From positions 54,126,001 to 54,190,000 of the forward strand of contig CM126218.1 in NCBI GenBank assembly GCA_052327205.1: a DNA stretch of 64,000 bases. Direction: 5' to 3'. Source of the DNA: Somniosus microcephalus. Taxonomy: Eukaryota. Below the pieces are notes generated by a model. The model was given only the letters and a program-made list of their open reading frames with translations. It ran no database searches and had not been told where the DNA came from. This document shows positions 47,430-60,481 of this stretch, piece by piece (position 1 is the stretch's first letter; every line of letters starts with the position of its first letter). The translations under genes were made by a program, and so were the position numbers.

Positions 47430-48130
47430 ATTCTCGGGATATGAGCGTTGCTAGCAAGGCCAACATTTATTGTCCACTACTAGTTGCTCTTGAGAAGGTA
47501 ATGGTGGGCCACCTTCTTGAACCACCGCAGTCCATGTGATGAAAGGACTCCCACAGTGCTGTTAGGACGGAGATGAGAAGAAATTTCTTCACTCAGAGGG
47601 TTGTGAATCTTTGGAATTCTCTACCCCAGATGGCTGTGGATGCTCAGCCGATAAGTATATTCAAGACTGAGATTGTAGATTTTTGGGCACTAAGAGAATC
47701 AAGGGATATGGGGATAGGGCAGGAAAGTGGAGATGATGTTGCAGTTCAGCCATGATCTTATTGAATGGCGGAGCAGGCTCAATGAGCCATATGGCCTACT
47801 CCTGCTCCTATTTCTTATGTTCTTATGTTAGGTAGGGAATTCCAGGATTTTGACCCAGCAACGATGAAGGAACGGCAATATATGTCCAGTTTGGGATGGT
47901 TTGCGACTTAGAGGTGAACTTGGAGGTGATGGTCTTCCCATGCACCTGGTGCCCTTGTCTTTCTAGGTGGTGGAGGTCACGGGTGTGGATTCTGCTGTTG
48001 AAGAAGACTTGCTGGGTTACTGCATCCTGTGAATAGTACACACACGGTAGTGGATATTTAAGATGGTGGATGGGCTGCCAATCAAGCAGACTATTTGTCC
48101 TGGGTAGTGTCGAGCTTCTTGAGTGTTGTT
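47430..48130 (-). mobile_element. LINE 3' fragment (family of 50520-51400) interrupted by a CR1 insertion
   Basis: Collinear with 59540-60025 on both sides of the 47567-47825 insert. Confidence 0.8.
47567..47825 (+). mobile_element. CR1 3' fragment with 7-bp target-site duplication
   Basis: MRRNFFTQRVVNLWNSLP and ttcttatg tail; tgttagg at 47560-47566 and 47826-47832. Confidence 0.88.
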
Positions 48131-49679
48131 GCTTGGGTTAGATGCTGACTAGATTATGAGATTATGGTTCATGATACCGAATATGTTACTGTGCCCGCGT
48201 CAATTTTAAACCCAGTCAAAGTGTCTAGCCAGTCTCTGGATCAACCCTTGAATCCACCTGGGAGTATTGTGCATTAGCCTGTCGGGATTGGTATTCTGGA
48301 AGGATGAGATCAAATATGTTGTAGGGCCTTCTTCATCCAAACTGATTTGTGATATTTATAAGCCTTATTAAAAATTGTTTGAAATTCTGTGCATGTTGGA
48401 CTGTTAACTGTTGTATAAGTTAAGTATCCTGTGTGGTCTGTGGTCACAGTCCCTACTTAGAAAACACAGCCTACGCCATGTTCCAAACTGTCAAGTCTCT
48501 TTCAGTAGTCAGTTGGATGGGGCCTAATGTTTACTCGTCCTATTTAGGGCTAACAGTAAAGGTCAGTTCCGTCCGTAATGCAGACAAATAAACGCTGCTA
48601 AAGGACAAGTGAAGAGTTTGTGATTATGATGGGACGGCAGATGAAACCACAAGTGAATTTTAATAAATATTCCATTTCGCAGATATCAGAAAGGACTCTA
48701 TAATTACTGGTCGTGTCTGTCTGCTGTAGTGTTAGTGTGTTTTTTTTAAAAAACTACTGGGATAGGATTTGAAATAATTTGTAAACTGGGGAATTCTATA
48801 AGGACAAATATAAAATAATTGGAAACACAGGCTTTGTCTTATTGGTTCTTTAGCTATGCCCACGATTAGGGATGCAGGAAAAGCCATCACTTTTATTGAG
48901 CCTTCACCGAGCTGGTTAATGTGTGACTCACTGGAGTGACTGGGCTGGAAAAGGAAGAGAGATAATTCAGGAGAGTGAAAGGAAGAGACTGGACTGGCCA
49001 AAGAAAATGACTGGACTGGGATAGAATAGGAAAAGGAACTCAGCTGGGAACAACAGTACTAAGCCAGGTAAAACAGAGGTGTCAGGACAATAACTTTTCC
49101 AATCAAAAAACTTGCTCATCATGCTTTCCTCGAGTGTGTAATTTACAACATCACTTGCCATCTGCTATGTGGCCATCCGTTGAGCTGTTAATCCTAATGT
49201 TAGTTCTCCTTCTGACCACTGCTTTCAGGCCTTTTCTCTGCACAAAGCCATTTCACACTTTTCCTCTTCATTGAGATCATGTGATGGTACTTTCACACTC
49301 GATAATAAGAAACATGTTTCTCTTTACTCAGTGTGCTAACAAATGGCTGGCTTCCAAAGAGAAAAACAAATTGGACACAATGAAGGAAATGCACTCAGCT
49401 ATGGATGACCCAGTTCACGTAACCCAGTGAGAATGTGGCCCTACTTGGGTGTGATTGCCTTGATCAGCGTAGGAACAATCTGGAATGACCTCACGCCTAC
49501 AAACACCTCACAATAGCATGTTGCATAAAGTTCAAAAAAATGTAGGATTTAAGTTTGCAGTGAGTGGCAGTGAGCTGGCAGAGGGAGACTTGGAAGATAT
49601 GCCAAAGCATTTCAAAATGCTAATAGAATGCCAAGAGATAGTGCCAGAATAATAGCATAACTTCTGTTGGCTTGTAATC

Positions 49680-50200
49680 TGAGGCTTCACACTGCACTGG
49701 TCAGACTACACTTCGAGCATGGTGTTCTCTTTTGGTGATTACAAAAGATATACTTGGATTAGAAAGTAGAAAAGAGCATCAAGATATATCTCGAATATAA
49801 AAGGGAATATTAGAACGAAAGCAATTAAGGGGTAGGGCTAATCAAACCGTATAAAATATGAGCCAATATAGATAAAGTAAACCTTGATTATTGCATCAAA
49901 ATATGCAAACAATGTAGGATCAGAGGACACAAATGGAAATTCGTGAAATGTAAATTTGAAACCGGTATCTGGGAAAGTTCTTTAGCCAAAGAGTGATTAG
50001 TGTTGGGAAATAATGTGCCAGGGATAGTTGTAGGGGTTGAGCACCTTTCACAATCTCAGGATGTCCTAAAGCACTTTACAGCCAATACTGATTAAGTGTA
50101 GTCACTGTTGAAATGTAAGGAAACTCTAAAGTAGAGTTGAATGCTGTGAGGGGAGAGTTAATGTATTGGAAGGATGGGTTCTGATGAGTCAAATGACCTT
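49680..50200 (+). mobile_element. Old degenerate CR1 fragment
   Basis: Remnants of LVRPHLEY, TRGH and FSQRV motifs (gcactggtcagactacacttcgag; atcagaggacac; tttagccaaagagtg). Confidence 0.55.
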
Positions 50201-50519
50201 TACATATTTCTACATATGCAGTAAGCTTTAAATCACTAGGATTCAAAATTTACCAGATAAGGATTTGTTATTTTAAAAACAAAGCAAAGCAATCTCACAT
50301 CAGTTTGAATTCAAAATGGATGCAATATCACTCCCGCCTGGTAGGAAGCCTCATTTTATAAGTGCCAGATGGTTTACTCAGCCTCCTGAGAATTTAAAAT
50401 AAACTTTGTGTGAGATCTTTCTTAATAATAGGAAGAAATGTTTTCTTAATGTGCAAACGTTCCCATTTGGGGAGAAGAACTCTTTTGTAGCTTAATTCAG
50501 TACAACCTACCGTGACTAC

Positions 50520-51402
50520 ACAGTGTTCAGTGCCATTCACAACTCCTCAGATAATGAAGCAGTCCATGCCCGCATGCAACAAGACCTGGACAACATTCAG
50601 GCTTGGGCTGTTAAGTGGCAGGTAATGTTTGCGCCACACAAGTGCCAGACAATGACTATTTCCAACAAGCGAGAGTCTAACCACCGCCCCTTGACATTCA
50701 ATGGTATTACCATTACCGAATCCCCCACCATCAACATCCTGGGGTCACCATTGACCAGAAGCTTAACTGGACCAGCCACATAAATACTCTGGCTACAAGA
50801 GCAGGTCAGAGGCTGGGTATTCTGCGGCGAGTGTCTCACCTCATGACTCCCCAAAGCCATTCCACCATCTACAAGGCACAAGTAAGGAGTGTGATGGAAT
50901 ACTCTACACTTGCTTGGATGAGTGCAGCTCCAACAACACTCAAGAAGCTCGACACCATCCAGGACAAAGCAGCCCGCTTGATTGGCACCCCATTCACCAC
51001 CTTAAACATTCACTCCCTCCACCACCGGCGTACCGTGGCTGCAGTGTGTACCATCTACAAGATGCACAGCAGCAACTCGCCAAGGCTTCTTTCCAAACCA
51101 GTGACCTCTTCCACCTAGAAGGACAATGGCAGCAGGTGCATGGGAACACCACCACCTCCAAGTCCCCCTCCAAGTCACACACCATCCTGACTTGAAAATA
51201 TATCGCCGATCCTTTGTCGTCGCTGGGTCAAAATCCTGAAACTTCCTCCTGAACAGTACTGTGGGAGTACCTTCACCACACAGATTGCAGCGGTTCAAGA
51301 AGTTGGCTCACCGCCACCTTCTCAAGGGCAACTAGGGATGGGCAATAAATGCTGGCATTGCCAGCGATGCCCATATCCCATGAACAAATAATTAAAAAAA
51401 AA
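50520..51402 (+). mobile_element. Non-LTR retrotransposon 3' part (CR1/Jockey-group LINE)
   Basis: QQDLDNIQAWAVKWQVMFAPHKCQ...YKAQVRSVMEYSTLAW...LDTIQDKAARLI with frameshifts and an A-rich tail. Confidence 0.88.
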
Positions 51403-52599
51403 GATGTGCAGTGAGCAGTACAGCAGCTTCAATCTACTGACTGTGTATCACTCGCCACACTCGGAGACTGGGCGCTGCAGTATAACTGTGGCTTTAAGCA
51501 AAGTTAAGGAAACAAATAGTTCTACCATTGGAGTTTGGAGCCACTTTAATCTTCATAAATGAAAATAAAATTCTGGAAAGAAAGCAAAACAGAATTAAAT
51601 AAATTTACTGCTAATTGGATTTCAAGGCTGTTTCCTTTCAGTCAAAAAACAAAATGCCCCTTTTTACAATTGATTAATAACAAATGGTATCTAGTCTGAC
51701 ATTGGCAGACTAAAAGCTAGAAAACGCAAGCAGACAACAATATGTTCCAGACAATTAATAGATTCTGTACAATTGTTTTAATTCTTCTGAGCCCAACAAA
51801 GCTATTTCAAACATCAAAGAAATTACAGTTTGCTTGTAAGACGAATACCATGGGTTATGGGAAGTACATAATCATGCATTGAAAAGATCACTGTTCAGAC
51901 AGTAATATTTAAAATATATTAACTTTATTCCAAGCATAATACAAAGCAATTGGCATGCCATATCTAACTTTAAATATTTGTGCCCCAATAACACTATAAT
52001 TAAGGGTGCAGTCACACTACAATGGCGGTGTTGGTGTGAATTGGTTTTGCTTTGCTCTGAGATAGCAGTTAAAGTGTAAATGTAGCCAGAATCCAGAGTC
52101 AGGCTTGATCTGACATCAGAGTGAGGAGAGTGAGACTGCCTGAATGGGATAGCCTCACTCCATTTTGTTTCAGAGCCATGTGGATTTTAGCACCCGATTT
52201 ACACAGCACAGTGTAGATTTTAACTATTGGACGGTGGCCAGTGGAGAAGCCGGTCACCCACCCGTTGTGGCCATGAAGAGGCCAGAGCCATTTTGATGCC
52301 CACCCAAAACGTGTGTCCTGAAGCAGCTCGCCAGATTTTGGCTGATGCAATATGGGGCAGTTTCTGGGCAGTAGGATAAGTCCTGGAGGGGAGGAGTCAT
52401 GATTGCGGAAGGGGTATGTGCCTGGGGTGACAACAGCCCAGATTATTTTTCTGGGACTCAGATGTGCACTAATAATTTAAAACTTAGCTTTCAAGAGCCT
52501 ACGTTACAACGGTGACTACACTTCAAAAGTACTTCATTGGCTGTAAAGCTCTTTGGAATGTCCTGAGATCGCGAAAGGTGCTATATAAATACAAGTTCT

Positions 52600-53020
52600 T
52601 TCTATCTATCTAGCTATCTAGCTACAGTATCTAGCTATCTATCTAGCCTATCTATCTATATCTAGCAATCTATCTAGCCTATCTATCTATATCTAGCTAT
52701 CTATCTATCTCTATCTATATCTATCTATCTATCTCTATCCCTATCTCTATCTAGCTCTCTATCTATATCTATCTATCTATCTATCTCTATCCCTATCTCT
52801 ATCTAGCTATCTATCTATACCTAGCTAACTATCTATCTATATATCTATATCTATCTATCTCTATATCTATCTCTATCCCTATCTTTATCTAGCTATCTAT
52901 CTATATCTAGCTATCTATCTCTATCTATATCTATATCTATCTATCTCTATCCCTATCTTTATCTAGCTATCTATCTATATCTAGCTATCTCTATCTAGCT
53001 ATCTATCTAATTATCTATCT
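52600..53020. repeat. Compound (CTAT/CTAG)n microsatellite
   Basis: ~420 bp of tctatctagctatcta variants directly after a SINE tail (~52500-52598). Confidence 0.93.
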
Positions 53021-53616
53021 TGTCGGAGAGTGCATGGCACATGCTCTGACCAGTTCTGTCCTAAAATGCCAATTGGCGTCCTATGGATGTCAAAGGAACC
53101 CTATTTGCATATTGCCTGGAACCTACTGCCTGGAACAGGCTTTCACTTTGGAAGCCCAGCCGGAGGCCCCTGTAAAAAAGGAGGCCAGAGCATCAGTGTT
53201 AATGGGGCAGTAAATCTACCGACCCCATTATAAGGCCCCCACATGCTTAGCTTTGGTGCAAGGCTGAAGCACACCCAACCGACAATGTGCGAATGAACTG
53301 CTAATCCTTAGTGTGCACATCAGTAAATTTAAATGTATCCTGTCCTGTGTAACCATATAAGCAGCAGCCCTTTGTCGAATGTTATTTTGATTACAGTATT
53401 TAGAGGAGCCAGGAGCAAACTATTAAGCTTCCTGTCGCTGAAAGAAGGGAACATTTTCAGCGGTGTTGTTCCAGGATAAATGTGTGTAACAGATTCCCTA
53501 CATCGAGTTAATAGTTATGATGAGGTTATTTACTGTTTCTGCTGGAAATGAAATACTCTTCTAACACTTTATCAAAAAGAAATCATCATTTTGGGAAGCT
53601 TGAAAGGACCGCTGGG

Positions 53617-54150
53617 AAATAGAAACATAGAAGATAGGGGCAGGAGTAGGCCATTCGGCCCCTCAAGCCTGTTCCACCATTTAATGAGATCATGGCTGAT
53701 CATCCAAATTCAGTACCCTGTCCCTGCCTTCTCCCCATATCCCTTGATCCCTTTAGCCTTAAGAAATATATCCAACTCCTTCTTGAATATATTTAATGAA
53801 TTGGCCTCCACTGCCTTCTGAGGTAGAGAATTCCACAGGTTCACCACTCTCTGGGTGAAGAAATTCCTCCTCATCTCTGTCCTAAATGGCTTACCCCTTA
53901 TCCTTAGACTGTGACCCCTGGTTCTGGACTCCCCCCGCCATCGGGAACATCCTTCCTGCATCTAGTCTGTCTAGTCCTGTTAGAATTTTATAAGTTTCAA
54001 TGAGATCCCCTCTCATTCTTCTAAACTCCAGCGAGTATAAGCCCAGTTGACCCAATCTCTCCTCATACGTCATTCCTGCCATCCCAGGTATCAGTCTGGT
54101 GAATCTTCGCTGCACTCCCTCCATGGCAAGAACATCCTTCCTCAGATAAA
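53617..54150 (-). mobile_element. CR1 LINE 3' fragment, very similar to 41739-42220
   Basis: YLRKDVLAMEGVQRRFTRLIPGMAGMTYEERLGQLGLYSLEFRRMRGDLIETYKIL. Confidence 0.93.
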
Positions 54151-55399
54151 GACTCCTGGACACCTGCCTGGGAGCTGACAATTTGTGTGCGCGTGTCAGG
54201 TGGGGACATTGAGCAGGAGAAGGGGGGATATCTAGGGAGGTCTGTATGTTTAGTTCCACCGTTTGGACATTAGGGTAATTTTGACAATCACTCAGCAAAA
54301 CAAATTGAAACTAGGGGCTCCTTTCGGAAAAGGAGACTACCAGTTAACTGTTGTAGATTCCACCATTTAAGTTGCTGCAATTTAACCTTGAAGTAGAAAT
54401 GAATAAGTCATTATGGTTTTCATTTTGCCAGTTATCTTTCTGCTTTTCCTTCATGAAATTCTGCTTCCATACTAAGATTGATGCACGGCAGCATCCATAG
54501 TGTTTCCATCTTTAGCTTGTTGCATTGTAAAGTTGTAGATTGCTGGTTGTGTCTCGGGGAGTATGGAAAGAAGTCAAAATAGCAAATCAGTCTTTTGGGT
54601 GAATGAGGTAATAGAAACAAGAGAAGCCCAATGTAAAAAATGTGCCCTAAGGAGCCACGATGCAATTTCAGGAACTGTGTGAAACCTGAGCCCGGTCAGA
54701 AACTGCCTGCAGTAATCTGGTTGTGTTCAGGTTTCTCGCTTCCCAAATAACATTGGGGAAACACTGTGGTCCTTCCATGCGCACAAATGCCTCATCTGTG
54801 TTTACAAGAGACCTGCATTTTCTCAGGAGTTTCATTCGAAGCAGATGAAAGGAGAATTTCTTCCGCTACTCGAACATAAATAGCTGCTGATTCATCTCCG
54901 TTGTCAGAAAATTAATCAAAGCGATCTCCACATGGCATTTACTTACTTAATTATAGTTTTATACCGTGTTTTGCACTATGCAGCTCACTTCACATTTCAG
55001 CCCTCGTGACGCATGAAGTTTCCATTCCTACATTTCACTGAGACTAGACTGAGCTCAGATTCAGTTGCCTTAGAAGATATTATTAAACATTTATTATTGG
55101 ACTTAATTTGCTCGTGAATTATTGTGACAGTCATAATAAGCATTAATTATCTATCCATAATAAATTAAAATTCTTCCTCTAACGCTTTTTCTGTCATGAT
55201 TTCCTGTCACGATTTCCACTATATTGTTGCTGTCGCACCTTTCTGTAATGCTGAAGTATTTCTATTGATTTTATTTACCTCTGGTTCAGCCCTCCATGTT
55301 TGGTCTTCAAGGGAGGTGGTGCTGCTCCTAAACTTTGAGACCCCTAGGTGGCAGTGTAGAGACCAACTTCAGGCATTTACAGTCTGTGACTCCAGAGAC

Positions 55400-55770
55400 T
55401 AGGCTGACACTCGAGTGCAGTGCTGAGGGAGTTCTGCACTGTTGGAGGTGCCGCCTTTCAGATGAAATGTTAAACCGAGGCCCCGTCTGCTCTCTCAGAT
55501 GGACGTAAAACATCCCACGGCATTATTTTGAAGAAGAGCAGGGGAGTTATCCCCGGTGTCCTGGCCAATATTTATCCCTCAATCAACATAATTAAAACAG
55601 ATGATCTGGTCATTATCACATTGCTGTTTGTGGGAGCTTGCTGTGCGCAAATTGGCTGCTGTGTTTCCTACATCACAACAGTGGCTACACTTCTAAAGTA
55701 TTTCATTGGCTGTAAAGCACTTTGGGACGTCCTGAGGTTGCAAAAGGCGCTATATAAATGCAAGTCTTTC
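55400..55770 (+). mobile_element. Deu-domain SINE
   Basis: Same Deu-domain and 3' tail as 30733-31023. Confidence 0.85.
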
Positions 55771-55774
55771 TATA

Positions 55775-56485
55775 CGAGGGGAGACAGGAGAGAGATAGCA
55801 AAGCAGAAATGAAGAGAACTGAAGCAAACTAGAAATGGACACAAAGCAAAGTAAATTAATAATCAAGAGAACTAGAGAAAGTGAAGCAAATAGAGAGAGA
55901 ACCAGATTAGAAGAAGATGAGCCAGAAAAAGACAGAAAGTGAAGCAGATAATAATGAGATATAAGTATGAAACTAGAAGAGGAGAGAGAACACAAACCAG
56001 AGGAGAGAGGGAGCATCAACCAGAAAAGGAAAAAGGGGGAGCATGAACCAGAAATGTGGGAGAGGAATAGAGAGCACGCAAACCTGAAAAGTAAAGAGAG
56101 ACATCACAAACCAGAAAAGGTGGGTGGGGAGTGATAGAGCACAAACAAAAAGGGAAGGCAAACTAGAGGGGGGAGGGGAAGAGATAGAACTATAAGGAGA
56201 GGCAGAGAGAAACAGACAAGGGTGAGAAAGAAAGGGGAAGATCTAGGCGGAAGAAGGAGAGAGGAACTCAGAATGCAAGCCGGGAAGAGAGATACACAGC
56301 AGGGAAGAGACAGAAGGAAGGAGCAGAGAAAGAAACAGAAATGGTAGAATTGAGAGAAACACAGGGGAAGAAGACAAGATTAAAAATGGATGGTGAGAGA
56401 TACCGAGAGTGAAAGAGGACAGAAACGCAAAAGGGAAGAAGACAGATGTACGCAGGGAAAGTAAGAGAAATACAGAAGGGAAGGA
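55775..56485. repeat. Purine-rich (GA) low-complexity tract
   Basis: Strong A/G bias on the + strand over ~700 bp. Confidence 0.75.
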
Positions 56486-57115
56486 CTCCCAATATGCCAC
56501 TCTCCGTACCTCCCAATATGCCACTCTCCGTACCTCCCAATATGCCACTCTCCGTACCTCCCAATATGCCACTCTCCGTACCTCCCAATATGCCACTCTC
56601 CGTACCTCCCAATATGCCACACTCAGTACCTCCCAATATGCCACTCTCCGTACCTCCCAATATGCCACTCTCCGTACCTCCCAATATGCCACTCTCCGTA
56701 CCTCCCAATATGCCACTCTCCGTACCTCCCAATATGCCACTCTCCGTACCTCCCAATATGCCACTCTCCGTACCTCCCAATATGCCACTCCCCGTACCTC
56801 CCAATATGCCACTCTCAGTACCTCCCAATATGCCACTCTCCGTACCTCCCAATATGCCACTCTCCGTACCTCCCAATATGCCACTCTCCGTACCTCCCAA
56901 TATGCCACTCTCAGTACCTCCCAATATGCCACTCTCCGTACCTCCCAATATGCCACTCTCAGTACCTCCCAATATGCCACTCTCCGTACCTCCCAATATG
57001 CCACTCTCCGTACCTCCCAATATGCCACTCTCAGTACCTCCCAATATGCCACTCTCAGTACCTCCCAATATGCCACTCTCTGTACCTCCCAATATGCCAC
57101 TCTCTGTACCTCCCA
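56486..57115. repeat. 24-bp minisatellite, ~26 copies
   Basis: Unit cctcccaatatgccactctc(c/a/t)gta repeated in tandem. Confidence 0.97.
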
Positions 57116-59539
57116 GACCCTGGGACTCAGCCACCACTACTTCGATGCCGAAAGACCCCGCACCCCCCCCCCACTTTTTCTTCAATACTCCCACATACCT
57201 CTTCTCCTCCTAAAGTCCACCTGCCCGTTCCACCGCTCCCACTCCCCTGGACCGCCATTTCAGCACTACTGAAATCATTTTCCTGCTCATCACCATGAGC
57301 AGTATCATGGCAGATCCGCTAATATGCTTAAATTTTTGAGGATTATTACCTAATTCAAAGAGAGACTGCATTGGAAAAGCATTAACTGTTCGAAGGTTAC
57401 AAACTGTTTCAAGAAGAAAATAAGCAAAAGCAATTTCCTGCACAAATCACAATAGGTTTGCGTCCATTTTGAATGAAATGGGTTGCTGTCCTATTATTCT
57501 CCAAATAAATTGAAGACTGAATTCCTTTTGAATGCTAAATGATGTAAAGTGAATAAAATTGAATTTGATTGCAGAATTTATTCATAAACCATTGCAGCAC
57601 AGAATCTACTTTACAGCTTTCAAAATACTGGTTCTTTTTAACCTAAGACTTGCTTAAATAAGGTGTAAATGTTCACTGCAAACAATGAATGAAACAGTAA
57701 GTGATCCAGAAGTCAGATTGACTCCTCTTCTTGCCATAAGGTCCCTGGCATGTAATTGCACAGTCCGTCCTCATTGCTTCCAAATTATGCACGCACATTC
57801 CACGGAGGTACTACTTAATTGGAATTGTAGATTCATGGAAATTGCATCTAATTGGAATAACAAATCATCCTGGACTATGGGGAAATAGAAGGGATTCTTA
57901 ATTTCAGTTGGTAGCCTTGAAAGTATTAATAGTTTAAAAGAAATCAAAATTAATTGAGTCAGTGCAGGTTGGGAATTTTTATAGTATTTACTCTAGAGGA
58001 TGAAGCTAATATTTCCAATCTGGTGACTGCTGCACAGATACATTCAAGTTTGCGGCGAAGACTTTGGAGCAGAAAGTCATTGGACATGAACTTTGTAGCA
58101 GAATACTCGCTAAATAGCCAGCATTCAGTTTTATGAATAAAGGGCCTTGAATGATGGTACTCAAGAAACGCATTTTTAAAGATGTTAATATTTTGTAAAG
58201 TAGATAACACCTCAGTCTAGTGGTTGTTTGTGTGTGGCGGGGGGTGCGGCGGGGGGGGAAACATATCTGTGTTCCAGTGTGATTCACTGGATGAACATGT
58301 TGCCTTTAAATCTTTGCGCAGACGTATCTAAATTTCCAAGTAATCCAGCCAGATAAGTATGTCTCTGCCCCCTTGCAGCATAGGATAGTCTGTGTATTGG
58401 GGAAACCTGCTTCTCAGTTTTACGTTTTTCAAATGATGCTCTTGAGTATAAAATTAATGAGCTTTAAGAAAGACTAGAACATAGAACAGCAAAATAATAG
58501 GAAGGAAAAATTAAGTATTATGCATGCAGGCAAACTTACAAGCAGAGAACTACTTGGCAATGCATTGTTTTCACCTCAGTGGAGACTTGCTCAGTGACAT
58601 AACCCATCAGGCCTGGGAATCACTCTTTTTGATGCTCATTGCATTACCTATATCTGTGAAGCTGCTGCAGCTTCCTCTGTTATCTAGCGTGTGATTATAT
58701 TGACATCTCCCTGTCTACTATGTGCACCTGTACATGTGAAGTCACGATGCACTAGTAATTGGGCACAACACAGTTATTTCAGGGCGACTTCTTATGTTGT
58801 TCTGAACATTTCTGTTCTGTGGTTTGAACCGTCTCCACTTGTCATCTTCCTGGTTGAGACCTCCGCTACTTAAACTAATCATTTAAAATATATTTCATTT
58901 GCTGGCTGAACTTCGGAACACTTGTTAATTTCCATAGAAAAAAGTTGGCAGTGTCAGATCAACGGTTAGTCTGTAATAACCAGTCAGCTACACTTGGCTG
59001 TGAAGCACTTGGGGATGTCCTGAAGTTATGAAGAGCGCATATTCAATCAGCTTTATTTATGACTGAAGCATTTTAGGTTATCCCGATAAGCATTCAATAT
59101 GCTGACACACTCTATTCAGTCCTCGGCCTCTATGTGTCACTGCCATGTGCCAAACGGCCTGAGGCACTGTGTTATCTATTCAGTTGATTTAGTGAATACA
59201 GGGTTCCTGTTTCTGAATGATCTGCTGTGCCCTTTCATAATGTGACAGAATGCAAAAAGACAAAGCAAAGAACCATAAAAAAGGAGAAAGGGCAGAGGCA
59301 GCTCCATTTATCTTGGCTTTATTCATATGTGTTAACCAGTTAAGAGAATGAAAAGCCAAGATAATAGGAAACAATAGATATGGCCAGCCTGAAAGGAAAA
59401 GAATTGCTGTGTCACACCAAACAAAATCAAAGTAGTCATTAGTCGTTCACTTTCTCCAATAAAAACGGAAGGTCAGGCAGCATCTATGGAGAGAGAAACA
59501 GAGTTCACGTTTCAGGTCTTTCATAATTTTTAATAACTT

Positions 59540-60025
59540 GTTTATGGGATGTGGGCGTCGCTGGCAAGGCCAGCATTTATTGCCCATCCCTTGAGTAGGA
59601 GTTTGTGAGCTGCCTTCTTGAACCGCTGCAGTCCGTGTGGTGATGGTACTCCCACAGTGCTGTTAGATAGGGAGTTCCAGGCTTTTGACCCAGCGACGAT
59701 GAAGGATCGGTGATATACTTCTAAGTCAGAATGATATGTGACTTGGAGAGGAACTTGGAGGTGGTGGTGTTCCCACGCACCTGCTGCCCTTGTCCTTCTA
59801 GGTGGAAGAGGTCGCGAGTTTGGGAGGTGCTGCCGAAGAAGCCTTGGCGAGTTGCTGCAGTGCATCTTGTAGATTGTACACACTGCAGCTACGGTATGCT
59901 GGTGGTGGAGGGAGTGAATGTTTAAGGTGGTGGATGGGGTGCCAATCAAGCGGGCTGCTTTGTCCTGGATGGTGTCGAGCTTCTTGAGTGTTGTTGGAGC
60001 TGCACTCATCCAGGCAAGTGGAGAG
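59540..60025 (-). mobile_element. LINE 3' fragment (family of 50520-51400)
   Basis: YSPLAWMSAAPTTLKKLDTIQDKAARLIG on the - strand. Confidence 0.88.
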
Positions 60026-60179
60026 TAAGTGCAGAACTGCAAGATGTTAGAGATGGTCTGGACCCATCTTTTGTTTCTTTACTTGTCCCATTACCACCCC
60101 CTTCTGCCTTGCACCATCATCACCTTCGTAATTTAATCATTCCTGCCCTCCACCCTATCACAGACCTTCTCCTTTGTAG

Positions 60180-60481
60180 AAAGAAAGAATGACTTGCATT
60201 TCTATAGCGCCTTTCACAACCACCGCATGACTCAAAGCGCTTTACAGCCAATGAAGTACTTTTGAAATGGAGTCACTGTTGTAATGTAGGAAACATGGAA
60301 TGCAATTTGTGCACAGCAAGCTCCCACAAACAGCAATGTGATAAGGACCAGATAATCTGTTTTTGTTATGTTGGTTGAGGGATAAATATTGGCCAGGACA
60401 CCAGGGAATAACTCCCCTGCTCTTCTTCGAAAATTGTGCCATGGGATCTTTTACATCCACCTGAGCGAGCAGACGGGGCCT
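60180..60481 (-). mobile_element. Deu-domain SINE inserted in a Penelope-like remnant
   Basis: Reverse complement of the Deu-domain and tail; the flanks carry Penelope-like sequence ending cagttctgatgaagg. Confidence 0.8.

Noticed and set aside
55243-55312. CNAEVFLLILFTSGSALHVWSSR as a candidate next exon
   Set aside because: No AG acceptor precedes the GT of the Cys codon and the spacing to the Trp is wrong; chance similarity.
56243-57272. Long ORFs (255-308 aa) on both strands; superficially CRISPR-like periodicity
   Set aside because: These arise from a stop-free 24-bp tandem repeat whose length is a multiple of 3. There are no unique spacers, no cas genes, and the DNA is eukaryotic.
57997-58098. 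Frame DEANISNLVTAAQIHSSLRRRLWSRKSLD weakly resembling the next expected alpha2delta exon ([26 protein letters not shown])
   Set aside because: Only about five residues are identical. Splicing the upstream phase-1 T to ctctag|AG creates a TAG stop instead of the conserved Cys, and there is no good donor. The true exon is probably beyond the window.
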